Positions 29,776 to 39,451 of a DNA stretch of 64,000 nt are shown here, one piece after another. Below the pieces are notes generated by a model, which worked only from the letters and a program-made list of their open reading frames with translations, did no database searches and was not told where the DNA came from. Source of the stretch: Candidatus Cloacimonadales bacterium (GTDB lineage: Bacteria; Cloacimonadota; Cloacimonadia; Cloacimonadales; JAIOQZ01); NCBI GenBank assembly GCA_963665815.1, contig OY762463.1, forward strand, positions 3,040,001 through 3,104,000. The letters run 5' to 3'. A program made the translations under genes and the position numbers. How positions within the stretch are numbered: the stretch's first letter is position 1; each line of letters starts with the position of its first letter.

Positions 29776-30843
29776 ATGGCAGATCAGGATTCAGCACAGG
29801 AGAAGACAGAAGAACCGACGTCGCGGAGGAAACGGAAGGAAAGAGAGCAGGGAAATGTCGCCCAGAGTCAGGAAGTTAACTCAGCGATTTTTCTTATCGG
29901 CATCCTTTTGTTTTTTAAGATAGGCGGAGGATTCATGATGAGCCGGATTAAGCTGGCTGTATCAGAAACAATGTCCCGTATGGGAGATCAGGTTTCTGTA
30001 TTGTACATCCAGAATTTGTTCGAGTTCTATCTTATCAGGTTCTTTGTTATTTTGGCACCATTCTTTGCCGTATTACTGGTATTAACATTTCTTTCTACCT
30101 ACATCCAGTTTGGCTGGCTATTTACTACAAAAACTCTTAAGCTCAACTGGGGAGCTCTGAATTTTGCTAAAGGTTTCTCTAAATTGCTGAATGCTGAAGC
30201 CTGGAAAAGACTGGGGAAATCTGTTATAAAGATAATTGCATTGCTACTGATTGCTTATGTGACAATCAAAAAGGAGATGCACCAGTTTATGGGGCTTGTG
30301 GACTTGAGTGTTGAACAGATATTTTCCTTCATATCAACACTGGTCCTGAAATTGCTTCTTAATATCCTGTTCGTGTTTGTTGCAATTGCTGCAGGTGATT
30401 TCATGCTGACAAAGTACATGCACAATAAAAAAATGAAAATGTCCAAATCGGATATTAAGGAAGAACACCGTCAGATGGAAGGGGATCCGCAGGTCAGAAG
30501 CAGGATCAGGTCGTTAATGATGGCTGAGTCCAGAAAAAGAATGCTTGACGAAGTTCCTGATGCAGATGTTGTAATAACCAACCCTATTCACCTGGCATGT
30601 GCTTTGAAATACGACCCTGACGGGGAGAAAGCACCAATTCTTGTTGCCAAAGGTAAAAGGATTATTGCAGAGAAAATAAAAGAAGTTGCCAGAAAACATG
30701 ATATCCCGATTATTGAGGATAAACCGTTGGCGAGATTGTTATATAAAACAACGGAAGTTGGACAGGAAATCAGTTATGAACTCTTCAGTGCAGTTGCGGA
30801 AATACTGGCTCAAGTTTATAGCTTAAAAAATAAATCACTATAG
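29776..30843 (+). CDS. flhB: Flagellar export apparatus protein FlhB
   Basis: EKTEEPT, G.VA.S.E, KMSK...KEE..QMEGDP, VVITNPIH, AP...AKG and LAR.LY motifs. Confidence 0.95.
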   Translation: MADQDSAQEKTEEPTSRRKRKEREQGNVAQSQEVNSAIFLIGILLFFKIGGGFMMSRIKLAVSETMSRMGDQVSVLYIQNLFEFYLIRFFVILAPFFAVLLVLTFLSTYIQFGWLFTTKTLKLNWGALNFAKGFSKLLNAEAWKRLGKSVIKIIALLLIAYVTIKKEMHQFMGLVDLSVEQIFSFISTLVLKLLLNILFVFVAIAAGDFMLTKYMHNKKMKMSKSDIKEEHRQMEGDPQVRSRIRSLMMAESRKRMLDEVPDADVVITNPIHLACALKYDPDGEKAPILVAKGKRIIAEKIKEVARKHDIPIIEDKPLARLLYKTTEVGQEISYELFSAVAEILAQVYSLKNKSL

Positions 30844-30855
30844 AAAAGGAAAAAA

Positions 30856-32937
30856 ATGCCTAAAGTAAAGTCTAAAATGCAGGAAAATATTGCTCGTCGA
30901 AGTGATATTTTTGTTGGTATTGGAATTGTAGCCATTCTCGTTGTGCTGTTATTCCCAATAGCACCTGTTATTGTGGATTTTCTCCTTGTTATTTCCTTCA
31001 TGATAGCATTTATAATACTTATAGCCCCGATCTATCTTCTCAGACCAAGTGATTTCTCGGTATTTCCGGGATTGCTGCTCGTTGTAACAATTTTCCGGTT
31101 AGCTCTGAACGTGGCAACGACGAGACTGATTCTCGGTGAAGCGTATGCCGGCAAGGTTGTGGAAGTTTTCGGATCGTTTATGATAAAAGGGAACTATGTT
31201 GTCGGTCTTATTATCTTTCTGATTCTGTTTATTATCAACTTCAAGGTTATTACGGCCGGTTCCGGAAGGGTTGCGGAAGTTGCTGCCAGATTTACTCTGG
31301 ATGCTATGCCCGGTAAGCAGATGGCAGTTGATGCTGACCTTAATAACGGAATTATAACTGAAGAAGAAGCCCGTGAACGGAGGGAATCTATCCGACGAGA
31401 TGGTGACTTTTACGGTTCAATGGATGGTGCTGCAAAATTCGTTAAAGGGGATGCTACGGCTGGTCTGATTATAACTGTTCTTAACATCATAGCAGGAATT
31501 ATAATCGGTGTTGTACAGCTTAAAATGCCATTCACAGAAGCACTTCAGAGATATACAGTTCTGACTATCGGTGATGGTCTTGTTTCACAAATACCCGCAA
31601 TTCTTATTTCTACAGCTACAGGTATTATTGTAACAAGAGCGGGAACAAAAGCCGACCTTGGTGAAGAACTTGTAACTCAGATTTTTAACGAACCGAAAGC
31701 ACTTATAGTTGCCGGCTCGGTTGTATTTCTGTTTGGTTTCTTCCCTGGTATGCCGTGGTATTTCTTTATACCGGTTGGAGCAGGTCTTGTTACATTTGCT
31801 TATTTCCTGAGAAAATCTACACAGAAAGCAGTGCAGGATCAGGAAGTTGAGATGGAACAAGCTGCACAAGAAGAAGAGCAACCTAAGGGACCGCCGGATA
31901 TGACTCCATATCTACAGGTTGATCCTATAGAACTGGAAATTGGCTATAGCTTGATTTCACTTGTTGATGAAAAACAAAACGGTGATATTCTTGGTCGGGT
32001 AACAAGCCTGAGAAAGCAGATTGCTATGGATACGGGGATAATTGTTCCTCCTATCAGAATCAGGGATAATATCTCTCTGGTGCCTAATCAGTATGTTATT
32101 AAGATTCGCGGTGAAGAAATTGCTGCAGGTGAATGTCTTGTTAACCATTATATGGCACTTGATCCGGGGTCAGTTGAAAAACCAATTAAGGGTATTCAGA
32201 CCAGAGAACCTGCGTTTGGACTTCCTGCATTATGGATTCCTGAAGATAAGAAAGATATTGCGGAAATGCATGGATATACGATTATTGAGCCTGCTGCCAT
32301 GATCGCTACACACCTTTCGGAAGTAATCCGTAACAGTGCAGATATGATTATTACCAGACAGGATGTACAGAGACTAATTGATAATCTCAAGAAAGTCAAT
32401 GCTGCGGTGGTTAAAGAGCTTGTGCCGAATATGCTGTCTCTCGGTAATATAGAACAGGTATTGAAGAATCTGCTGCATGAGGGTGTATCTATCCGCGATA
32501 TGGTTACCATTATGGAAACTCTGGCAGATTATGCCGCTTACACGAAGGATATAGAAACGCTTACAGAATATGTCCGCTACGCTCTCAACAGGACTATAGC
32601 CAAGAAATATGTTTCATCAGACGGTGGGGTTTACGGTATTACGTTTGCACCTAATATAGAACAGACTATAACTGAAGTTGTTATGCATAACAAACAGAAG
32701 GGAAGTAATAACTCACTACCACCTGAAATTGTGAATACAATTTATACCGATCTGCAGACTGCTGTAGAAGAAATGAATAAACAGGGATTTCCACCACTTC
32801 TGCTTGTTGCACCTATAATAAGAGTTTACACCAAAAAACTTATTGAACCGGTTATGCCAAATATTCCGGTCGTTTCTTACAACGAAATACCTACCAACAT
32901 ACCTATTAAGGCCCATGTAACTATCAGTATGAAGTAA
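30856..32937 (+). CDS. flhA: Flagellar export gate protein FlhA
   Basis: RVAEVAARFTLDAMPGKQMAVDADL, FYGSMDGAAKFVKGDA, IGDGLVSQIP and EPAFGLPALW motifs. Confidence 0.97.
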   Translation: MPKVKSKMQENIARRSDIFVGIGIVAILVVLLFPIAPVIVDFLLVISFMIAFIILIAPIYLLRPSDFSVFPGLLLVVTIFRLALNVATTRLILGEAYAGKVVEVFGSFMIKGNYVVGLIIFLILFIINFKVITAGSGRVAEVAARFTLDAMPGKQMAVDADLNNGIITEEEARERRESIRRDGDFYGSMDGAAKFVKGDATAGLIITVLNIIAGIIIGVVQLKMPFTEALQRYTVLTIGDGLVSQIPAILISTATGIIVTRAGTKADLGEELVTQIFNEPKALIVAGSVVFLFGFFPGMPWYFFIPVGAGLVTFAYFLRKSTQKAVQDQEVEMEQAAQEEEQPKGPPDMTPYLQVDPIELEIGYSLISLVDEKQNGDILGRVTSLRKQIAMDTGIIVPPIRIRDNISLVPNQYVIKIRGEEIAAGECLVNHYMALDPGSVEKPIKGIQTREPAFGLPALWIPEDKKDIAEMHGYTIIEPAAMIATHLSEVIRNSADMIITRQDVQRLIDNLKKVNAAVVKELVPNMLSLGNIEQVLKNLLHEGVSIRDMVTIMETLADYAAYTKDIETLTEYVRYALNRTIAKKYVSSDGGVYGITFAPNIEQTITEVVMHNKQKGSNNSLPPEIVNTIYTDLQTAVEEMNKQGFPPLLLVAPIIRVYTKKLIEPVMPNIPVVSYNEIPTNIPIKAHVTISMK

Positions 32938-32988
32938 GCTGAAGATGTGTATTTACGTACCTAAATTATTACCGGGACAAGAATAACT

Positions 32989-33390
32989 CTATACAACCCC
33001 TTTTTTGATCAGGAAAGCTGAATACGCTTTATCGGATCTCAAAATATGCTTCTGAAGCCATTTACGAAGGAATGTAACCAGTTCCAGACTGACTATTGAT
33101 TTGTTTGGGTCCTTTTTCTTCATGACTTCAATTTCGTCGATAATATACTGGTGTTTTCTCTTGTGATTTTCTGTGTCAGGATAATTATATTTATCAAATA
33201 ATTCTTCTTCATATGCAAAATGTTCGATAGTGTAATCAACAATTTTACTAAAAATCACATCCATTTTATCGAATGAAGACCCGTCCTGCAATGCTGCATT
33301 AAGTTCATTGAATATAGCTATCAGCTTTTTATGCTGTGAATCAATACTTTCAATTCCAACGCTGAATGTTTTATCCCATATTATTGGCAT
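32989..33390 (-). CDS. Bacteriohemerythrin
   Basis: W...FSVG...ID.QH, HFAYEE, HKRKH and WLQKHI...D di-iron ligand pattern. Confidence 0.92.
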   Translation of the reverse strand: MPIIWDKTFSVGIESIDSQHKKLIAIFNELNAALQDGSSFDKMDVIFSKIVDYTIEHFAYEEELFDKYNYPDTENHKRKHQYIIDEIEVMKKKDPNKSIVSLELVTFLRKWLQKHILRSDKAYSAFLIKKGVV

Positions 33391-33474
33391 TTCTATCTCC
33401 TTTTCCTTTTACTACAATAATATACAGTTTTGTACAATATTGACAAGTATGATTTTTGCTCATAATTTGTTAAC

Positions 33475-33720
33475 GGTTAACAAAAGTCTTAAACGATGTA
33501 TTGCATCGTAATGAAAGGACCAATAGTCATTGATCTGTGTTTCGCGTAGTAGTAAATGTATGAATTAATGTAGATGTTAAACAACTTGCAAAGTCGTTCC
33601 ACAAATCCCTTGCGGAATTTACTTTCAAACAAAACCTACAGCCTGTTATAAATTCACTTCCACAGAGAAAAGGAATTGTTCCATCTGTACAAACAGTGAT
33701 GTTAAACGGGACTGTCCAAA
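33475..33720. ncRNA. Candidate structured non-coding RNA (unclassified; rod-like)
   Basis: ORF-free region downstream of TTGACA-N17-TAATTT (33440-33468, + strand). It has nested complementary segments and abuts a terminator hairpin. Confidence 0.4.
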
Positions 33721-33721
33721 G

Positions 33722-33746
33722 AAAAAGCCCCGAATAGCTTCAGGGC
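33722..33746 (-). terminator. Intrinsic terminator of the FlgD-Ig/CTD protein gene
   Basis: Minus strand GCCCTGAA-GCTA-TTCGGGGC followed by TTTTT. Confidence 0.8.
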
Positions 33747-33798
33747 ATGTACTTTATTTACTTATATAGTATCTGACACAATTGCATTTAACAAGGTA

Positions 33799-35475
33799 TT
33801 ATTTCAGCATAACACATTTTTTGACAGCTTCTGTTCTGCAATCGATGTCAAGTTTGTAGAAGTAAACACCTGAGCCAACTTTATGACCGGTGCTGTCGTC
33901 ACCTTTCCAGATTACTTTGTTCAATCCTTCCTCTTCTGTACCAGACACAAGCGTTCTCACTTTTTGACCTTTCATGTTGTAAATAGTGAGTTCAACATTA
34001 CATTTCTTATTTAGAGAAAATTCGATTGTTGTTTCCGGATTAAACGGATTCGGGTAATTTGCTAATTTGAGAGATTCATACTTATTAACATTGGGATCAA
34101 CTTTTACAATTTGATTTGATAGTTTTCCAATTACAATAGAATGTCCGCCATTCTCAACATGATTATCAAACTGAGCATCTCCGGTAAAACTGCAAGCAAT
34201 AATAATTTCGTTGTAGCTATTTAACTGGAATTCCATATTGGGGTCAGAACTCATATCAAGTATTTTCATCCAATCCCAAGTATTGTCAGGATTTAAACGG
34301 GTAATGTAACTTCCGCATGTCAGTGATGAAGTTTCAGATAATTGGCTAATGCTAATGACTGAAGTGGCTGAAGTGGCTGAAGAATCCCAGAAACATCCTG
34401 TAAAATAAATTGCTCCATCCTCATTCATTTTCATTTCTTCAATAGTATTGCCATGATCACTACCAACTTTACATGCATAAGTCCAGGTCCCTGTTGAGTC
34501 CAAAACTGCAACAAAGTTTTCAGGTATTAATATACTTTCCCACTGATATTGATTTTCTGCAAAAAGCGTATCAGTATTAAAGACAATACTATCTCTAAAA
34601 GTACCTGAAATTACTTTATCGCTTCCTCTAATAATCATATCTTTTATTATGCAGTTACTGTTACCTTCAAAATTAAGAAGCTGAATATTATGCCATCCTG
34701 TTGTTTCATTGTACTCAATTGTATATTTCTGATTATACGGACAATTTGTAACTGAAACATTGCCTACACTAAAATCATAATTGAATCTACCAAAAAAAGT
34801 AATACTGCCGTTAAATATTCCGGAACTACCTATGATATACCCACCAGTAAATTCATCAGAACGCAGATAGTTACCATTAGTATCTGTAACAATCATTAAC
34901 TCCGAATAAAAATTACTGCCTGGTAAAGTTTGATTATTATAAGAGATTGGACTGAATGCATTAGCAAAGATGTAAATCTTGTCATTGTAGAATGCTAAAT
35001 GACTAACACTGGGTACATCTCCGGATATCTTTTTCATCCATAATGAATCACCATCTGAACTAACTTTGAAAAGCCCTATATCAAAAGTCGGTCTGGTTGT
35101 TTCAAGTACAAATGAGTTAACACCAATGATGTTTTGATCAGAATCAAGTACGAGTTTATAAGTATTGCTTGTTGAAAACTGATGGTTAACCTGAGGTAAT
35201 CTCTTTAGCCACAAACAATTCCCGACATCATCGACTTTTGCTATAAATGGATCATCAGTATATGAAACACCGGTAAGTGTATCTACATCAGAATACATAT
35301 TATTATTGAAGGTTCCTGCCACATACATATTACCGGATGAATCAATAACACTCGATTGCAGCTTACATCTGTCTGAAGCTTGCATGTTTGTAAACCATCT
35401 CCAATCAGGTTCTTCTTCGCCAAAACAAAAACAAGTAATTAATAATAGAGTGAATAGTAAACAAAATCTCCACAT
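33799..35475 (-). CDS. Secreted beta-propeller-like protein with C-terminal FlgD-Ig / T9SS type-A-like sorting domain
   Basis: DSSGNMYVAGTF-type repeats; C-terminal NYPNPFNPETTIEFSL...GQKVRTLV...W.G.D..G..VGSGVYFYKL...K. Confidence 0.85.
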   Translation of the reverse strand: MWRFCLLFTLLLITCFCFGEEEPDWRWFTNMQASDRCKLQSSVIDSSGNMYVAGTFNNNMYSDVDTLTGVSYTDDPFIAKVDDVGNCLWLKRLPQVNHQFSTSNTYKLVLDSDQNIIGVNSFVLETTRPTFDIGLFKVSSDGDSLWMKKISGDVPSVSHLAFYNDKIYIFANAFSPISYNNQTLPGSNFYSELMIVTDTNGNYLRSDEFTGGYIIGSSGIFNGSITFFGRFNYDFSVGNVSVTNCPYNQKYTIEYNETTGWHNIQLLNFEGNSNCIIKDMIIRGSDKVISGTFRDSIVFNTDTLFAENQYQWESILIPENFVAVLDSTGTWTYACKVGSDHGNTIEEMKMNEDGAIYFTGCFWDSSATSATSVISISQLSETSSLTCGSYITRLNPDNTWDWMKILDMSSDPNMEFQLNSYNEIIIACSFTGDAQFDNHVENGGHSIVIGKLSNQIVKVDPNVNKYESLKLANYPNPFNPETTIEFSLNKKCNVELTIYNMKGQKVRTLVSGTEEEGLNKVIWKGDDSTGHKVGSGVYFYKLDIDCRTEAVKKCVMLK

Positions 35476-35554
35476 AGTTTCCTCCCTTTAATTTTGTACA
35501 AGATATTTTTTCTATAATGATATTTGTCAAACTGAAAATTATGTTCTGATTTCC

Positions 35555-36301
35555 CTACTTTTTCAAGGCTGATCGGGAAAATATTACAGGATCTATCTTA
35601 ACATCAAATTCTATCTTATCAATGATATACTCGGTACCTTTGCCTTTTTTAAGAACATCCTTGAAATACATAACTTTAGGATACCATCTATTACCAACCT
35701 TCATAATTTCTCTAATCTCGGTTTTCTTCAGTAATTTTCCGCTTTTAGCATATCTGTTTTCCTGTAAGGGGATATATTTTTCCTTATCAACCCAGATTTT
35801 ACGGGTGCTATATGCTACATCCTCAGTTTTAGCTGTTAACAGTATAACATAGCAGTTCCTGTCCTGCACAACTTCCTCTCCGGTAATATCTGCGGTATAA
35901 GACATTTCAAGGCTTGTATCTTCCATATAATCTTCATAGGACAAATCTGAACCGGATACAGATTGTCTCAACATGTGTCCGGAAATACGTATTTTCCTGT
36001 TTGCAGCAGGAGTGAATGTCCATAAATCATCGTTCAGTTTCAGCATCTTTGTACCCTTTTCTCTTGGTGGTGCAAGATACTCTGAGAAAGATTTCTCTGT
36101 CCCCTGAATCCAGAATCTGGTTGTAATTTCTCTCGTTTCTCTTCGTGTATGGATTATCATTCTGGATTCTCCAGTCATAGTATCAGCATTCATGTTTTTA
36201 TCTATCATCTTCAGAAGTTTTTCGCCGGTTAACTCATTATCAACTGAAAACAAACATGAGACCATAATCAATAGTGTTACAATTAAAATTCTATACTTCA
36301 T
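35555..36301 (-). CDS. Outer membrane lipoprotein-sorting (LolA-like) protein
   Basis: Signal peptide; P.REKGTKMLK, GSDLSYED, YSTRKIWVDK and GKLLK motifs. Confidence 0.85.
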   Translation of the reverse strand: MKYRILIVTLLIMVSCLFSVDNELTGEKLLKMIDKNMNADTMTGESRMIIHTRRETREITTRFWIQGTEKSFSEYLAPPREKGTKMLKLNDDLWTFTPAANRKIRISGHMLRQSVSGSDLSYEDYMEDTSLEMSYTADITGEEVVQDRNCYVILLTAKTEDVAYSTRKIWVDKEKYIPLQENRYAKSGKLLKKTEIREIMKVGNRWYPKVMYFKDVLKKGKGTEYIIDKIEFDVKIDPVIFSRSALKK

Positions 36302-36313
36302 TCCTTTACTCCT

Positions 36314-37585
36314 TTAGTTTTCCAATTCTTTGAATAACTGAGATGTCTGACGTTTAAAGATATTCAGACCGGCAATAGCCGTACCCAATATTATTGACGA
36401 AAATCCGGGAATAATCCCGAGAAAAAAAGCTTCCGGAGATATCAGAGCATACATCCTTCCGGACGCAATGATATTTGCCTGTTTCATATATACAGAAAAA
36501 TCCAAACCGTATTCCTGCATAGGCCAGGCAACAAGATAACCGATTACTGCACCTGCTACCGAACCTGCCAGACCTATAATACCGGCTTCCCACAACATCG
36601 AAGTATAAACATGCTTTTTTGATTCACCTATCGCAAGTCTTACTCCCATTTCACCGTAGCGTCGGATACTGTTCATCAAGCCTGCATTCCAAAGAACAAT
36701 TCCTAATATGATAATAAATACTGTTACCATTCCAATAGAGAATGTACGAGCCATATCTATCATATCTCCCATACCATTCTGCTTTCTCAATGGAATCATA
36801 ACTGCACTGAATTCATCATCAGGATCGGATAGTTCCGAGTTAAATTTTTCTGATATTGTAATTGTCTGAAGATCATCGAAAACCATATCTTTTCTGATAC
36901 CAAGAATCTCTGTTGAAGCATCCTCCATATCCAGTAAATCCCTGGCAGCACTGATGTCAACAATAACAGCCTTCTTGTCCAGCATCTGAATACCAAAATT
37001 AACAAGTCCTGAAACCTTGTAGTTACGAATTGCCATTGCACTGTTCATTGTAGAAGACATAATGGAAACAGTATCTCCAATCTTGATGTTAACCTTTTCG
37101 GCAAGTTCACTGCTCAAAAGAATTTCGTCCTGCTTAGAAGGAATTGCTCCTGTTGTAAGAGCTTTTTCCAGATTGAGCAGCCTGATGTCATAGTCAGAAT
37201 TTATCAAATCAAAACTCATTCCCATGCACTGTGTCTGCCTTTTTGTTTCACCGTTTTCATCCGGTATATCCAGCAAACCGCCAAATTGAATTCTGGAACT
37301 CCAATCATAACCGGGATACTCTCTTGTTAACTGCTGCTTCAGTTTACTTTCCTCGAGGATACACAAATCTAAAGGTTTCTGATTAAGATATTGTTTGTAA
37401 GCTCTGGTAACAACTTTCACATGTCCGGTATCAAATTTCGCATTAGAGTTTATTGCACCATTCATATATCCTGTGAACTCGCAATAAAATATTATTGTTA
37501 CAGCAACTCCGAGAGAAACAGTAATAATCGGAAACAAACTCCTTGATCTGTCTCTAAATATCCCTTTCAAAAGAAATCGTATCAT
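36314..37585 (-). CDS. ABC transporter permease, MacB/FtsX (LolC/E-like) family
   Basis: 1 TM, large periplasmic domain, 3 TMs; RRYGEMGVRLAIG. Confidence 0.88.
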   Translation of the reverse strand: MIRFLLKGIFRDRSRSLFPIITVSLGVAVTIIFYCEFTGYMNGAINSNAKFDTGHVKVVTRAYKQYLNQKPLDLCILEESKLKQQLTREYPGYDWSSRIQFGGLLDIPDENGETKRQTQCMGMSFDLINSDYDIRLLNLEKALTTGAIPSKQDEILLSSELAEKVNIKIGDTVSIMSSTMNSAMAIRNYKVSGLVNFGIQMLDKKAVIVDISAARDLLDMEDASTEILGIRKDMVFDDLQTITISEKFNSELSDPDDEFSAVMIPLRKQNGMGDMIDMARTFSIGMVTVFIIILGIVLWNAGLMNSIRRYGEMGVRLAIGESKKHVYTSMLWEAGIIGLAGSVAGAVIGYLVAWPMQEYGLDFSVYMKQANIIASGRMYALISPEAFFLGIIPGFSSIILGTAIAGLNIFKRQTSQLFKELEN

Positions 37586-38742
37586 TTCTTCCTCCTTTTC
37601 CCCTGAATCGCTTCTGCAGGATTCATCTTGATTATTGAGGTTGTAGGAATCAGACTTACTATTCCAATAATAATCATTATATATATCACAGTCGTCAGTA
37701 CCACTTTCATGTTGTAAACAGGATAGATAATACCTGATGATCCTGCCAGACCATAGTCATCCATACTGTCAGGCATCGACCAACCTTTTGTTGCTGTCAG
37801 AATAAACAGAGGAATCCCATAGACAGCACCCATAAAAATAGCCATAGCCCCATGCATAACTCCTTCCAAAGTAAACAAAGACACAACTTTCGATTTTGTT
37901 AAACCCAGAGCCATTAGTGTTCCTATTTCTTTTCGTCTTCGAAAGATCGACAAAATCTGAGTATCAAAAATAGCTATTGTTACAAGAAACAACAGAACTC
38001 CATACATCACTGTTGCCTGAATACTCTCGATTTTAAATATAGTTCTCAGATCATTCAACAAATCATCCTGAGTATGAAAAATCCAACCATCGACCTGTTT
38101 ATTATTATCTGAAGACGAACAGATTATTGTAGCTTTCCCTTCCATACCGAACAACTTCTGCATTTGTCCCAGTTCCATCCATAATTGTCCCGTATCAACT
38201 CCCGGATGCGGACTGGTAAAAATCTCTGAAATCACAATATCCTGAGCATCAAAAGTGCCATTTGCATCTCTCCACCTGAGTGTAACAAAATCACCCTTTT
38301 TAAGTCCTGTTGCATTTGCCATCCTTTTACCGATGATAACGGAATTAGTATCACTGCTTCTCAGATTCTCAACAGGTATTTTCAGAACACTCTGATTTTC
38401 CGGTATACCCTTCACCATTATATTGAATAATCTACCTTCAGGATATATTGATGCAGTCTGAATCAGTATCGGACAAAAGTTTTCATCTTTTTTCACAAAC
38501 TCCGGTATTATATCATAGCTATCTACCAGAGTCAATGGATCAAACTTATCATAATCTTTCTGCCAGAACTGCCCTTCGGCTACTTCCCATTCTATCGTTT
38601 CATTGATAGCCCTCTGTCTCCAGCCTTCATAAAATCCTTCCATACCTATTATAGCAACATATGAAAGGGATATCACAAAAACATTGAGCCAGGTTCGGAG
38701 ACCTACTCCCAGAAGATTCTTGAGTGCCAGTTTAAATAGCAT
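37582..38742 (-). CDS. ABC transporter permease, MacB/FtsX (LolC/E-like) family
   Basis: KLALKNL...RT, RRKEIGTLMALG and C-terminal PAEAI. Confidence 0.88.
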   Translation of the reverse strand: MLFKLALKNLLGVGLRTWLNVFVISLSYVAIIGMEGFYEGWRQRAINETIEWEVAEGQFWQKDYDKFDPLTLVDSYDIIPEFVKKDENFCPILIQTASIYPEGRLFNIMVKGIPENQSVLKIPVENLRSSDTNSVIIGKRMANATGLKKGDFVTLRWRDANGTFDAQDIVISEIFTSPHPGVDTGQLWMELGQMQKLFGMEGKATIICSSSDNNKQVDGWIFHTQDDLLNDLRTIFKIESIQATVMYGVLLFLVTIAIFDTQILSIFRRRKEIGTLMALGLTKSKVVSLFTLEGVMHGAMAIFMGAVYGIPLFILTATKGWSMPDSMDDYGLAGSSGIIYPVYNMKVVLTTVIYIMIIIGIVSLIPTTSIIKMNPAEAIQGKRRKK

Positions 38743-39440
38743 TAATCCTCCTGTGCGGTTAAAATGTCTTTCTCTACTTTACCATCAACAAGATGTATTT
38801 TTCTATTTAGATAATTTATTACTTTTGAATCGTGTGTTGAGAATATGAATGTTGTTTTCATTTCCCTGCAGATATTCTTCATATAGTCCAGAATTTTATA
38901 TGAGTTATCCGAGTCCAGATTAGCTGTTGGTTCATCTGCAAGCAGAAGTGGTGGTTTCTTTACCATTGCTCTGGCGATGGCTACTCGTTGACATTGACCT
39001 CCTGAAAGCTGCCCTGGTCTGGACTTGATTTTGTCTGTCAGTTCTACCCATTCCAGAGCATCCATAACTGCCTTCTTTCTCTGCTCATTTGTCATATTTA
39101 AAAGTAACAACGGAAACTCAACATTCTCATAGACTGAGTAATGCTGCAGAAGATTGTACGATTGAAAAATAAAACCGATACTCTCACTCCTCAGTTTAGC
39201 TGATTCTCCAGAACTGAGTTTTTCGAGTTCTTTATCCAATACTTTTACTGAACCGGAAGTTCGCTTATCCAAGGAACCAATAATATTGAGAAGTGTAGTC
39301 TTTCCTGATCCGCTAGGACCTACAATTCCTGAAAATTCACCTTCTGAAAAATCAAGATTCACATCCTTTAAAGCTGTGAAGAAGCTACCTCCTACCGGGT
39401 ATTTTTTAATTAGATCTCTAATTTCAACTAAATTGCTCAT
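38742..39440 (-). CDS. ABC transporter ATP-binding protein (LolD/MacB-like)
   Basis: GPSGSGKT, LSGGQCQRVAIARA, LADEPTANLD and STHD motifs. Confidence 0.95.
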   Translation of the reverse strand: MSNLVEIRDLIKKYPVGGSFFTALKDVNLDFSEGEFSGIVGPSGSGKTTLLNIIGSLDKRTSGSVKVLDKELEKLSSGESAKLRSESIGFIFQSYNLLQHYSVYENVEFPLLLLNMTNEQRKKAVMDALEWVELTDKIKSRPGQLSGGQCQRVAIARAMVKKPPLLLADEPTANLDSDNSYKILDYMKNICREMKTTFIFSTHDSKVINYLNRKIHLVDGKVEKDILTAQED

Positions 39441-39451
39441 GGTAACACTCC

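Noticed and set aside
29776-32937. Possibility that flhB/flhA are injectisome SctU/SctV genes
   Set aside because: The sequence motifs and the presence of flhF-flhG favour a flagellar system.
34359-34382. 9-bp tandem repeat CTGAAGTGG encoding SATSATS
   Set aside because: Fewer than three in-frame copies, with no sign of a contingency locus.
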